DNA of 64,000 nucleotides from positions 1-64,000 of the forward strand of contig QPMI01000645.1 in NCBI GenBank assembly GCA_004431415.1, given 5' to 3'. This document shows, one piece after another, positions 1-12,263 of this stretch; within the stretch, counting starts at the first letter, position 1, and the number at the start of each line of letters is the position of its first letter. This DNA comes from Cyanophora paradoxa CCMP329 (Eukaryota; Plantae; Glaucophyta). Under the pieces are notes generated by a model. It saw nothing but the letters and a program-made list of their open reading frames with translations, had not been told where the DNA came from and ran no database searches. A program made the translations under genes and the position numbers.

Positions 1-819
1 CTCGGGAGGAGGAGTCCGGGTGGGCGCCCTTTGGGCCCAGGCCGGGGGAGAGGGGGCGGGGGCGTGGGCCCGCGGGGCCTGGGCTCTGGGCGGGGGAGGG
101 ACCGGCGCGGGGCGCTAGGGAGTTAGGCGTGGGCGCACCCCGCATCGGACGGCGCCGACGGCCCCGTCGCGCGGCGAGCTCGAGGCGGAGGAGAGAGGTC
201 GAGATGCAGGTCGAGATCTGCAGGCGCGCGAGGACGTTCTGTAAGGATGGGGCGGCGCGCGCGGCGCCTGCAGCATGACGGCGGCATTCGAGGGACAGTA
301 CTAGTGGCGGCGGTGCGCGACGTCGACGGCGGGTGCGTCATCTTAGAGAGCTGGCGGTCATCGGGCATCGGTTATGCGGCGGGCGGCGTGTGGGTGGCCG
401 GGCGGCGATGGCGGGAGCTCGGGCGAAGTCGAGGCGGTCGCTCGCACGCTTTAGGACTGCGACGTTATACGGAGATCTAGAGTGGCAGCGCGCTATCCGT
501 ATGTCCCGCGCGGGGCGCGGGCGAGGTCCTTGAGATTCAAAAAAGCGTCGACGTCATGGCGAGGTCGGCGGGGCTCCACGTTTCTCCGGGGGCGGGCTGT
601 CGGCTTCGGCGGTGATGCTGAATGGTAATGTGCCCGCGTCGGCTGTCGGCTTGCGCCCGGCTGGGCTGGCTAGCGTTGTCGGTCTACGGGGGTCGGGTGG
701 AGCTGGCGCGCGACTTTCCGAGCAGCTTAACACGCGGCGTTATCAGGCACCCACGGGTGGGAAGCCTGGCCCGCCGCGCTGCCGTAATCGTCGCGCCACC
801 GCTACGAGGACGGGCGGGG

Positions 820-1697
820 CGGGCGGGGCCCTCAGCGGGCGCCCTGCTCGACGTGGTAGACCGCCCGCAGCGCGAACCGCTTCCGCGCCTGCCGCCCGCG
901 TGAGCGGCGCGGGAGAGGGACGCGGAGGGGCGGGGCGGGGCGGACCGGCGGCTTGGAGCCCTCCGGGGCGTTGGGGTCGGCGGGGGCCTCGTCGGGCCCC
1001 GCGAGGCCCCGGATGTAGTCCCCCGCCTTCAGGGAGTACGACTGCCCCGAAAGTCAGGGGGGTACGCGGCCGGGGCGGGGGGCGCGGACGGAGGCGGTGC
1101 TCTCGGGGACGACGCTGGCGCCCGCCGGTGGCCCGTGCACGTACCCGTACACCTGCCCCCACCGTCAGCGCGCGAGGCCGGGCGGGCGGGGCGGGGCGGG
1201 CGGGCGGGCGGGGCGGGGCGGGCGGGCCTGGAGGACGAGGCGGAGGCCGCCGGGCGTGTCGGCCACCAGCCCGTGGACCTGCGCGGCGGCTCGGGCCGGC
1301 GGGCAGGGGCGTGCGGGCCGGGGGCGGGGCGGGGGCGGGTTTGTTTGGCCTCGTCGGAGGCGGCGCCGGCCCCGAGGAACGGGTCCGTCGCGTCGTGCGG
1401 CGGCACCGGCCGCGCCGCGTGGCCCGCGCCGTCTGCAAGCAAGCTGCTCGGGCGGGGACGGGGGGCGGAGAGGTTCGGCTCCACGGAGGGCCCGCCCTCG
1501 CCGTCCCCCTCGTTGCCGGCCGCCGGCGCCGTCAGCTCGAAGCAGCCGCCCGTCACGGCGTCCCCGTCCCCGAGGCCGAAGCGCGCGGCCACCGCCGGCG
1601 CGACGGCCACCTGCCGCCCGTCCGACACCTCCACCCGCAGGCCCGGCCCGCCGCCCACGCCGCCGCTCCGCACCGTCCCGGACACCGGCCGCCCCGC
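820..1697 (-). pseudogene. Partial duplicate of the 3' part of the Rho-type OB-repeat gene (copy of ~4370-5288), preceded by unrelated sequence at ~1700-2100
   Basis: Near-identical nucleotide sequence, introns included, to 4370-5288 (e.g. GRPVSGTVRSGGVGGGPGLRVE...GDGDAVTGGCFELT in both). Similarity stops abruptly at ~1697. Confidence 0.75.
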
Positions 1698-2345
1698 CAC
1701 AGCCGCGCCGCTTTAGCCTCCGCCGCCCCGGGCGCCGCCGCCGCAGGGCCCGCCCACTCGATCAGCAGCTCCTCGTCCGCCGCCGCCTTCGCCGCCGCCT
1801 CCGCCGCCGGCCCCGCGGCCCCCGCGGCGGTGACGTGGAGGCGCGTCGGCGGCCGCGCACGGCGCGGGGCGGCGGGGCGGCCCGCACGCGGCGCTCCGCC
1901 TCGACGAAGAGCTCGACGCGGCGCTTGAGGTTCTGCGCCCGCTGCGCGTGCCCGTACGCGAGCACCTGCCGCAAGAAAGCGCCGCACGGGCGGGCGGACG
2001 GCGGTAAGGCGACCGCCTCGAGGCACCTTGAGCGAGCCGGCGACGCGGCCGTCGCAGGAGGCCGCCTCGGCCGCCTGCAGGTGGCGACCAGCTGCACGAC
2101 GGCGACCAGTCGGCGGCGCCCCGAGCGTCGAGCTTATCTAATTTGGCCGCACGCGAGTCCGCCGCTCGATTCGCGCACTGATCATGAGGAGCTAGCTTAG
2201 CCTAGCTATATAGTTAACTCGGTAGCCCGCTGACGCGCGAAAAAAAGTCAACGGCTGTGCGTCTCCGCGGCGCCGGCGACGCTCCGCTAGGTGCGCATGT
2301 AGCGCGCACATGTGCATGTATCATTTAACATGTCGCCGCAGCACT

Positions 2346-4179
2346 ATGCGGAAGGGTTGGATCCCCAGCGAGGGAAAGCTCGATTTGTCATTCCAGTGGT
2401 TGACTGCGTGGCCAGCGCTGGAGATCGAGCGCGCGGGCCCTGCAAACATCCGCGTACTGGACCTCAACAGCAACAAGCTCACTGACATCCCCGGCACGAA
2501 GCTCGCGGAGCTGAAGAATCTGCAACAGCTGGTCGTCAGCTTCAACCAGCTGACGGCGCTGCCGCCGGAGATCGGATTGCTTGCTAACCTTCACACGCTG
2601 TACGTGAGCAGCAATCAGCTCAGAGAACTGCCGCCGGAGATCGCGCGTCTTTCCAACCTGCATGAAGTGCTTCTGAGCTGCAACCAGCTGAAAGCGCTGC
2701 CGTCGGCTTTCGATGTGGCTGGACAACAACCAGTTGACAGCGCTCCCCACAGAACTGGGGCGCCTGAAAAATCTTAACAAGCTGAGCGTCAGCGGCAACC
2801 CTCTCTCGGCCATGCCGAAGCATGCGCGCCAGTCCGGAGACGCCGTAATCGACTACTTGCGCTCCCTCCCCGTCCCTGTTCACGCGGTTAGCCCCGCGCC
2901 CTGCTTTCGTGCGCCCTGCTGAAGGCTACCCGCCGCAATCTGAAGCTCCGCTGTTGCCGCAGCACGCCCGCACCCGTTCGGCCGCTGCGAAGCTGGCTTC
3001 TCCGAGTCGTCGCCCCAGACTGCTACCGGCGGCGCAGGAACCGCCACAGGCGCCGCCACAGCGGCCAGCAGCGGCGCAGGAACCGCCACAGGCGCCGCCA
3101 CAGCGGCCAGCGGCGGCGCAGCAGTCCGCGGTGGCGTCGCAGCTGCCAGCAGTAACGGCAGAGCCGCAGCTGCGGTCCAGCCAGGGTCCCGCATCGGCCC
3201 AGGCCGTGGCGTTGAAGGCGGAGCTGGCGGCGCTGCGCGATCGGATGGCAGCGGCGGCGGCGGCTGTGGGAAAGGTTGTGGCGGTGCAGGCGGCCCTGGA
3301 GAAGAGCGCCGAGCTGCAGGAGGCGAAGAGCGCCGAGCTCGCCGGGCTCAAGGAGCAGAACGCGGCGCTCCGACGGCGCCTCGAGGAGGCGGACGCGGAG
3401 CACGGCAGGCACCTGGCGCAGGTGGCGCGGCAGGCGACCAGGGAACGGGACCGGGCGGCGGCGCTGGAGGCGGAAACAGCGGAGCTCAAAACAGAGATGA
3501 ACGAGCTCATGAGCCGCCTCGCGGGGGCGGCGGCGGACGCAGACGCACAGCGGCAGCGGGCGGCGGCGCTGGAGGTGGAGAAGGGCGACCAGATGAAGCT
3601 CCACGAGCAGCTGCGGGCTGAGGCGGCCGAGCAGCTGGCCCGCTCCGAGCGGCAGCGGGCGGAGCTCGAGGGGCGCCTCGCGCTCTACGAGGGCGGGGCG
3701 GGGCCCAGCGGGCAGCAGTGGGGCGAGGCGGAGCTGGCGGAGGCGGCCGAGCGGCTCAAGGCGGCCGCGGGGCGGCTGGAGGCGCTGCGGATCCACCGGC
3801 GGGTCGAGGAGGCCCTCGCCGAGGAGCGGGTCAAGCGGAGGCGCACCGAGGGCTCCGCCACCTACGAGTGTCCCGTGCGCCCTTCCCCCCACCCCTCCCC
3901 CCCTCCCCCTCCCCCCCTCCCCCCCCTCCCGCCCCTTCCTGCCCTGGCCTCTTTCACGGCCCAATGGGCGCGCCTATATGACAATTTTCAAGCGTCTGAC
4001 TCCAGGACCGTGTGCCGCAGATCTGCTGCGAGGAGCAGGACCCGAAGGAGCGGCGCAACCCTGGGCCCTGCGGGCACGTCGTCTGCGCGGCGTGCACCAA
4101 AAAGTTCGGCAAGTCTAAGAAGCGCCTGTGCTTCACGTGCCGGAGGCACGTGAAGACCATTTCTCCCATTTACGAGTGA
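2346..4179 (+). CDS. LRR - coiled-coil - C3HC4 RING protein (LRSAM1-like architecture, putative E3 ligase); frameshift near 2714, possibly a pseudogene
   Basis: LxxLxLxxNxLxxLP repeats at 2346-2810. Intron ~2887-2924, then an Ala/Glu-rich coiled coil at ~3200-3850. Intron 3875-4020 joins YECP|ICCEEQ...CGHVVCAAC...[16 protein letters not shown] (RING; TGA 4177-4179). The LRR reading changes frame between PSAF and WLDNNQL. Confidence 0.8.
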
Positions 4180-4382
4180 ACGTTTTCATAGCTGGCCTTG
4201 CCTCCGACCAACTCCACTCCGCCCCCGTGGCACTATTTTATAAGCTAGTTTGCTGGGTCCCACGCCAGCTACAGGCTCCTCTCGACGCTCTCGGCCTCTA
4301 GATCTGAGTCTCTGAGTCTACTGAATACTTCACGAGCCTCTGGGCGCAACCTACGGGCGGGCGACGGGGGCGGGCGGGGCCC

Positions 4383-5617
4383 TCAGCGGGCGCCCTGCTC
4401 GACGTGGTAGACCGCCCGCAGCGCGAACCGCTTCCGCGCCTGCCCCCCGCGTGAGCGGCGCGGGAGAGGGACGCGGAGGGGCGGGGCGGGGCGGACCGGC
4501 GGCTTGGAGCCCTCCGGGGCGTTGGGGTCGGCGGGGGCCTCGTCGGGCCCCGCGAGGCCCCGGATGTAGTCCCCCGCCTTCAGCGAGTACGACTGCGCCG
4601 AAAGTGAGGGGGGTACGCGGCCGGGGGGCGGGGGGCGCGGACGGAGGCGGTGCTCTCGGGGACGACGATGGCGCCCGCCGGCGGCCCGTGCACGTACCCG
4701 TACACCTGCCCCCCCGTCAGCTGCAGGCGCGGGGCGGGGCGGGGCGGGGCGGGGCGGGGCGGGGCGGGCCTGGAGGACGAGGCGGAGGCCGCCGGGCGTG
4801 TCGGCCACCAGCCCGTGCACCTGCGCGGCGGCTCGGGCCGGCGGGGCGGGCGCGGGGCGGGCGGGCGGGCGGGGGGCGGGCCTGCTTGGCCTCGTCAGAG
4901 GCGGCGCCGGCCCGAGGAACGGGTCCGTCGCGTCGTGCGGCGGCACCGGCCGCGCCGCGTGGCCCCGCGCCGTCTGCGCGCCCCGGCTCGGGCGGGGGGC
5001 GGGGCGGGGGGCGGGGACGGAGGGCGGGGGAGGGCGTGGCGCACGCCGACGTCGATGAGTAGAGGTTCGGCTCCGCGGAGGGCCCGCCCTCGCCGTCCCC
5101 TCGTTGCCGGCCGCCGGCGCCGTCAGCTCGAAGCAGCCGCCCGTCACCGCGTCCCCGTCCCCGAGGCCGAAGCGCGCGGCCACCGCCGGCGCGACGGCCA
5201 CCTGCCGCCCGTCCGACGCCTCCACCCGCAGGCCCGGCCCGCCGCCCACGCCGCCGCTCCGCACAGTCCCGGACACCGGCCGCCCCGACACCGCACCGGA
5301 CGGCGCCGAACCGGACGGGCCGGCGCCCGACGCCGCGCCGTCGCCTGCGCCCTGGGATTCGGACTGCGAGCCCTGCTGCTGCTGCTGCGCCTGCTGCTGC
5401 TGCTGCTGCTGAGGGGGCAGGCCGGCGCCGGTCTGCACGGGCACCGCCGACGCCATCTCGTGGCCCCCCATGGGCATGCCGTAGCCGGGCATCTGGTAGC
5501 CGTACGCGGCGGCGTAGGCGGCGTAGGCGGCGTACGCCTGGGGGTCCATGCCGCCCATGCCATACGCGCCGTACATCTGCTGCTGCTGCGCCTGCCAGGG
5601 GTTGACGGCCGACGCGG

Positions 5618-5648
<31 letters not shown>

Positions 5649-6270
5649 GGCGCCGCCGGACATGCCGTTGACGTCGAGGACCTCCATGAGGCGGGCGCGC
5701 TTGGTGCCGAGGTCCTGGAGCTGGATGCGTCCCGTGATGCGGTCGCCCTGCTGCAGGTTGCTGCGGCGGATGGTGTCGGGGTCCACGAAGACGTGCAGGC
5801 CGGCCGAGTTCTCGCGGAGGAAGCCGAAGCGCTTCTGGTTCAGGTCCAGCACGCCCGAGTCGATGAAGACGTGCTGGGACGACATGCCACCCATGCCCAT
5901 CCCCTCCCCGCCCATCGGCGGCGCCCGCTGCGCCGGCTGCCCGTTCACGCTGATCACCTCCACCAGGTCTGCGAGGCGCGGGCAGCGCGTCGGCCGGGGC
6001 GGCGGCGAAGCGGGGCAGGGCGGCGGGGGCGCGCACGGGGCCTGTGCTTGCCGGGCTCGTCGCCCGTCACGTCTTGGATCATACCGAACACGTAGTCTTG
6101 CTCCTGCGCTGGCGGCTCGCCGGGGCGCCGGGCACGGCGGGGCGGGGCGGCGCGAAGGGGCGCGCCTTCAGAGCGTAGTCGCGGATGATGTTCGGCGGGA
6201 CGAAGATGTCGAGGCCCTGCCCGTTCCGCAGCAGGAAGCCTGCGCGGCGCGGGAGGGCGCGGCGCTCAGC

Positions 6271-6301
<31 letters not shown>

Positions 6302-7015
6302 GCGGCGGCGGCGGCGGCGGCGGGCGGGGGGCGGGGCGGGCGGACCGTAGCCCTTCATCTGGAACATCTGGAGGGGCCCGCCGCCGGGCTGCTTGTCGCC
6401 GCCGGGGACGCCGAACTGCTCGAGGCCGGGGTCCATGCGCTTCGGCTCGCCGCCCTCGCCCCCCTCGAAGGGCCTCTTCATGCCGCCCGTCGCCACCGCG
6501 AGCTGCGACGGGTCCTTGTTGGGGATGATGTCCGGCCGCAGGCTCTGCCCGTTCACTCGCATGATGTCCTCCATCTGCCGCCGCCACGCCGCGCCGATCA
6601 CGGACCGCCCGGCGCCGCCCGGCGGCCCCCCGCGCACCTCGGGCTTGGGCCGCTGCCCAGGCCGCGACATTCTGTAGTGGTCCGACGCCTCCCGCACCAG
6701 CCTGCCGTGCCGTCAGCCTTCGCGCAGGGTCGGAGCTCCTCGGCGCGGACCCCTCGACGAAGTCGCCATTGTTGAGGTTGAACTGGCGAATGAGGCGCGG
6801 TGGCATGAAAATCTGCACCATGCCGACCGTCAGAAGCAGCGTCCATTCCACATGGGCCGAGGCGCACATCGAACTCGCGGTTTCTCGGGTCTCTTCGCAG
6901 GAACGCGGCGCCTTCGTTCACGATCTCGAGCATCTGTTGCGGGCGTTTCAATACCGGCGGCAATGTGGACGCCGCGGGAAGCCGGACGCACCCCGCCCTG
7001 GAGCTGGGCCTCCAT
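4383..7015 (-). CDS. Multi-exon protein with ~5 tandem Rho-RNA-binding-like (cold-shock/OB fold) domains and Gly/Met/Tyr/Gln-rich linkers
   Basis: Spliced reading MEAQLQGG|MLEIVNEGAAFLRR..|IFMPPRLIRQFNLNNGDFVEG; GFLLRNGQGLDIFVPPNIIRDYALK; GVLDLNQKRFGFLRENSAGLHVFVDPDTIRRSNLQQGDRITG; two more diverged units (ARFGLGDGDAVTG; SYSLKAGDYIRG). These resemble the Rho motif GVLEIL..GFGFLR...DIYVS...IRRFNLRTGDTISG. Confidence 0.7.
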
Positions 7016-7603
7016 CGTTCCGTGCGAGCCTGGCCTCTCTGAGCTCAGCGAGCTGCTGCGAAAGCGTTTGCGCGATCAGACGCACCTGCTCGCGCCGACC
7101 ACTGATGTGTCCGCGTACCCCCGGCTCCCTTTCTTGGTGTTTCTTCTTCTTCTTTTGCCCCGCTCCGCGAAGCAGCAGCTTCCCCCGAGAGCTCAAAGAT
7201 TGCACGAATCGAAGCACCCGGCGTCGAACGGAAAGACGTGAGAGGAAAGAGGAAGTTCAAAGTTCTGCAGCTGTTTAACTGGATAGCGACCCTACCCTCG
7301 GCTGAATAACTAGTCTAACTAGCTCTAACATCCTGCTACGAAAGGAACCGCGGCGGTGCTCGCTCGCGCCTGCTGCGCGGTTCTCCAGTTGAGCGGAATC
7401 CATCTCCAGTGTGGGTTTGCGGGATGCTGCCCGGAACGCTGTTCTTGCAGCGGACTCTCCGATGGCTGCATGAGGTGCCAACGCGAGTTTGCGCCCAGCG
7501 ATGCCGACGGACAAAGCAGAAGGGAGAAGAAAGAAAGTGAAAACTGGGCGTCTGTGTGAGAGAAAAGGAGGCAGGGCGTGGCTGACAGCAAAGATCGCAC
7601 CTT

Positions 7604-8576
7604 CTACTGCTTCTTGAACTCGTTGAGCACGGGGTAGATGTTCTCGAAAGCCTGGTAGATCTCATCGCGGACCTGGGACGCGAAGGAATCAGACACAGAT
7701 TCAAAGCCCGGGCCCGATCGGGTCAGGGGCAGAAGGGCACCTTGGCGCCCGTCAACACGATCTTGCCGGACACGAAGATGAGAAGCACGATCTTCGGCTG
7801 GACCATGCGGTAGATGAGACCGGGGAACAGCTCGGGCTCGTACTGCGGTCCGGTTGGCGAGAGGCGCGACACGGATGCACGGCAGAGCGCAAGTGCGCAC
7901 GCTGGAGAAGTTCCCGTGCGCGTACGCCAGGCCCTCGAGTCGGATTGGGAAGCGGACGTCACATGAGCCGACGATGTTCTGGATCTTAAAGTCCGTGAAG
8001 CGGGTGGGGAAGCCGAGCTTCTGAATGATGCGAGCGTACTTCCGCGCGGCAAGCCGACTTGCCTCCTCCGTCTTGGCGCCCGTGCACACCATCTTCCCCG
8101 ATGCAAAGACGAGGGCGGTCGTCTTGGGCTCACGGATGCGCATGATAACCGCGGCAAAGCGCTGCGATCGCATGATCGCACCGAGCGATCGGCCAAGATA
8201 ACCAAAACAAGCGTGCCTTCGGGTTGTACTCCGCGTTCCGTGCCTTGAGGGCGATCTCCTTCAGATCGAGCTTGCAGCCCATGTTCACCGTAGAGACGAT
8301 GTTCCTGTGCAGGATTGTCGGCAAACAAGCGCAAACAAGGCAGGCAGATGCCGACGGGAGTGCGCACTGTAGAACCGGCACGATGCCCGACGCGTGTCTG
8401 CGGGAAGGGATTCAGGAATCTCGAAATCGCCTCATATACAAACCGTGCACGCACTTGTTGCGGTCCACTGCGCTGCCGGACGCATCGAGAAGCGGCGGCT
8501 CGGGATCGCCGGTTTGTGTCGCTGGCATTGTCGACGGGCCCGCCGCGGAGCTCGCGGCGGGCGCTAGCGTCGCCAT
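7604..8576 (-). CDS. TBP: TATA-box-binding protein (about 6 exons)
   Basis: [29 protein letters not shown]|[30 protein letters not shown]...[21 protein letters not shown]...|[34 protein letters not shown]|[25 protein letters not shown] inferred at 8576. Confidence 0.97.
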
Positions 8577-8634
8577 TCTTCGCGCCCTCCCCTTCGATGC
8601 CGAGTTTTTTTGCTTGGTGGGTACAGTCGCGAAA
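8577..8634. promoter_or_regulatory. Putative compact bidirectional promoter between TBP and SLY1
   Basis: Only 58 bp between the inferred divergent ATGs (8576 on -, 8635 on +); contains a short T-tract. Confidence 0.55.
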
Positions 8635-11600
8635 ATGCAGCCGGCAGCGAGCTCCGCGGCGCCGTTCTCCATCAGAGACCGGCAGACGGGTGCGCCCCCT
8701 CTTCGAAATGTCGAGAATGAGCTAACCTTCGCTCCGCGCTCAGCCGCCCTGCGGCGGATGCTCCTGCTCAACCAGAGCGGGCCGGACGCCGCGGCCGCGG
8801 CCGCCAAGCTCGGAGAGCCGTCGGTCGCGTCGAGCAGTTGGCAGACTGAGGTCTGGAAGGTCCTCGTCTACGACAAGTTCTGCCGCGACATCATCTCGCC
8901 GCTGCTGAAGGTCGGAGACCTGCGCAAGCTCGGCATCACGCTCCACATGTGAGCGAACCACCGAGCGGGACCCGCCTGCGCGCCGGCCGCTGCGAATGAC
9001 GTTGGCGCGCAGGCTCCTCCATACGGAGCGGCAGCAGGTGCCGGACGTTCCGGCCGTCTACTTCGTGCAGCCGACGGAGGAGAACATACAGCGGATAGCA
9101 TCGGTGCGCGCGGCGCGGCGGCCGCGCCCCGCGAGCGCTGGCTGATGCTGGGGCGGGGCGGCAGGATCTGCGGGAGCGGCTGTACGACTCGTCGTACCTG
9201 AACTTCGCCTCTTCGATCCCGCGGCCGCTGCTGGAGAAGCTCGCCGACGCCACGCTCCAGTCCGAGTCCGTCTCCCTCGTCTCCAAGGCCCGCCCGGCCC
9301 CCGCCCCCGCCACGCCGCCGCGCCGCGCCGCTGCGCCCCCGCCGAACCGCGCTGGCGCAGGTTTTCGACCAGCACCTGAACTTCGTGTCGCTGGAGCCGC
9401 AGCTCTTCTCGCTGCACATGCCGGGCTCCTACGCCGCCCTCCGCGACCCCGCCGCCACCGACGCCGCCATGAAGCGCGCCCGCCCCGCCCCGCCCGCCCC
9501 GCCCGCCCCGCCTTGCAGCGAGCCGGCCGTGCCGGGCGGCCGCGCAGGAAGTACGCGGATCAGATCGTCTCCTCCCTCTTCTCCGTCTGCGTCACCCTCG
9601 TGCGCCCCGCCGGCCCCGCCCCGCCCCGCCCCGCCCCGCCCGCCCCGGCCAGCCTTCCCCGAGCCCCGACCGCGCAGGGCTGCGTACCGATCATCCGGGC
9701 GTCGCGGGGCAACGCCGCCGAGATGATCGCACAGCAGGCGCGCCCGCCCTTCCCCTCCGCCCCGCCGCCCCTCCGCCCCTCCACTTCACCCCGCCCTGAC
9801 GGCCCGCTCCCTCCCCCTCAGCTCGAGGGGCGGCTGCGGGAACACCTGCAGCACGCGGGGCGGAACAACCTCTTCGCGTCCTCGTCGGCCTCGTCGGCGG
9901 CCTTCCAGCGGCCCGTGCTCGTCCTGCTCGACCGTGACATGGACGTCCCCGTCATCCTCCACCACACCTGGACCTACCAGGCCCGCCCCCGCCCGCCCCC
10001 CGGCCCCTCCGGCCCTTCCGCCCGCCCGCCCGTGCCCTCCGTGCTGAGCCTGGGCGCAGGCGCTGGTGCACGACGCCCTCGCCTCGCACCTCAACCGCGT
10101 CACAGTCCAGGCGCGCCCGCCCGCCCGCCCCGCCGGCGCCCCTCCCCCGAGCGCCGGAGCGGTGCCTGACCGCTCTCGTGGCGGCGGCGCGGCGCAGGTG
10201 GCCGACTCGAAGGATGCCGACGGCACCGAGAAGGCGCGCCCCTTCCCCTCCCCTCCGCCGCGCCTCCCCTCCCCGCGCGAGCCTCGCCGCAAACAGATGT
10301 CGGCGAAGACGTACGACCTGGACCCGGCGGACTCCTTCTGGGCAGCCAACGCCGGCTCCCCCTTCCCCAAGGCGAGGGCCGCCCCCCTGCTCCCCCCCTC
10401 CCCCCGGCCCTCCTGAGCCCCCTTCTTCGCCCCGGGCAGGTTGCGGAGGAGGTTGAGGCGGCGCTGCAGCAGTACAAGGCGGACGTGGAGGCCCTGAACC
10501 GCAAGACAGGCGCCCAGGCCGCCCCCGCCCCCGCCGCCGAGGGCGCCCCCGCCCCCAAGGACGACTCGTGCGCCCCAGCCCGCTCGCTTCTCTCAGCGCT
10601 CTCTCACCCATCTGCAGGCTGTCGACGGCGGGCCTGGCGTCGGCGATCGAGAGCCTGCCGGAGCTGACGGAGCGGAAACGGCTCATCGACCAGCACACGA
10701 ACATCGCCACCGCCCTCCTCGGCGCCATCAAGGCGCGGCCCGGCCCCCGCCCCCTCCCGCCACGCCACGCAGTCGCGGGAGCTTGACCCCGCGCGGCGCG
10801 GCAGTCGCGGGAGCTGGACAACTACTTCGCGCTGGAGGAGTCCCTCCTCAACCGCGGCCTCGTCGTCCGCCCCTTCCCTCCCTCCGCGATCCGCCCCGTT
10901 CGCCGACCGGCTTGTTATGGCGCTCGCGCGCGCAGGACCGGCAGCAGCTGCTCGCGCAGCTCGCCTCGAGCGGCAAGGGCACCCCCTCCGACAAGGCCCG
11001 CCCTGCCCCTCCCTCCCACCCCCGTCCCGCCGCCTCCGCCCTGAGGCACGCCTCCTCCCCCCCAGGTGCGGCTGCTGGCGATGTACTACCTGCTGACGGA
11101 GAACCTCTCGGCGACGGACATGGAGCCCCTCGAGTCCATGCTCGCCCAGCAGGCTCGCCCTTGTCTTTTCCTCTCGCCCGTCCTTCCCACTCTTCTGAGG
11201 TCTTGGCCTGCAGGGCGCCGACATCTCGCCGCTGGCGTACCTGAAGAAGGAGAAGGCGATGAAAGCCACCTTCGACCGCGCCGCCTTCGGCCCGGCCGGG
11301 GGCGCGGGCGCCGCTGCGCAGGGCGGGATCATGGACCTCGCCTCTGGGGCCTTTTCCAAGGTCCAGGGGTACGGCATCGGCCTCCTCTCCGGCGTCCGCA
11401 ACGTCCTCGTCACCGAGAAGGCCCGCCCGCCCCCGGCCCCTGCCTCCCTTTGTAGATAGATGGATAGATAGCTGAGGCGGGGCGGGGCGGCAGATGCTGC
11501 GGGCGACGCGGGTGGTGGACGCGGTGATGGAGATGAAGCCCGAGGCCGACGCCCTCTCCTACCACGACCCCCGCGTCGTCCGCCAGCCGCCCCGCCCCGC

Positions 11601-11967
11601 CCTCGATCCAGATCTCCGCCCCTTCCTAAGCGGGGGCAGGCGCGGTCGACGGAGGCGCCGCGGACGCGGACGCCCTTCCGCGACGCGGTGGTCTTCGTCG
11701 TGGGCGGCGGCAACTACGTCGAGTACCAGAACATCGTCGACTACTGCAAGGCGAGCCCGCACGCGACCGGCCCCCCTCGAGCTCCCTTCCTCTTCTCCTC
11801 CTCTTGGCTGACGGGCGGTGCAGAAGCAGGCGGCGGCGCAGGCGCCGAAGCGGGTGGTCTACGGCTCGACGGAGCTCGTGACGGCGGAGCAGTTCCTCGC
11901 GCAGCTGGGGCAGCTCCACAGGGGCCCCGCCGCCTCCTCCCCCGCCGCCGCCGCCGCCCTCCGATAG
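8635..11967 (+). CDS. SLY1: Sec1/Munc18-family protein SLY1/SCFD1 (about 20 exons)
   Basis: [119 protein letters not shown]; TAG at 11965-11967. Confidence 0.93.
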
Positions 11968-12263
11968 CCTCGCCCCGCCCCGCCCCGCCCCGCCCCCGCG
12001 CGTTCGTATTCGAATTCACGGCCCGGCCTGCACGGCCGAGGCCTGAGGATGGCCTCGAGGCTGGAGCGGCTCGGTAGGGGGAACACCACTTGCGAATAGG
12101 AACACCAGCTAGCGCTGCGCATGCAGAGCCCACGTGCACAATGCAATGGTGCCCAGGGTGCCCTTCAAATGGAGCTCTTCCAATCCCGAACGGTCCTCTT
12201 CACTTCGTGCGCGCGCGCGGTGCGCATGCGCGCCACCCAGCAACGATATTTGGCAATTGAGCG

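Noticed and set aside
612-6600. Long + strand ORFs (612-1928, 1097-2200, 4650-6095, 5548-6528)
   Set aside because: Shadow ORFs from very high GC, antisense to the spliced minus-strand gene and its duplicate.
4383-7015. Bacterial transcription terminator Rho or bacterial contamination
   Set aside because: No P-loop ATPase domain, spliceosomal introns present, and TBP and SLY1 are adjacent.
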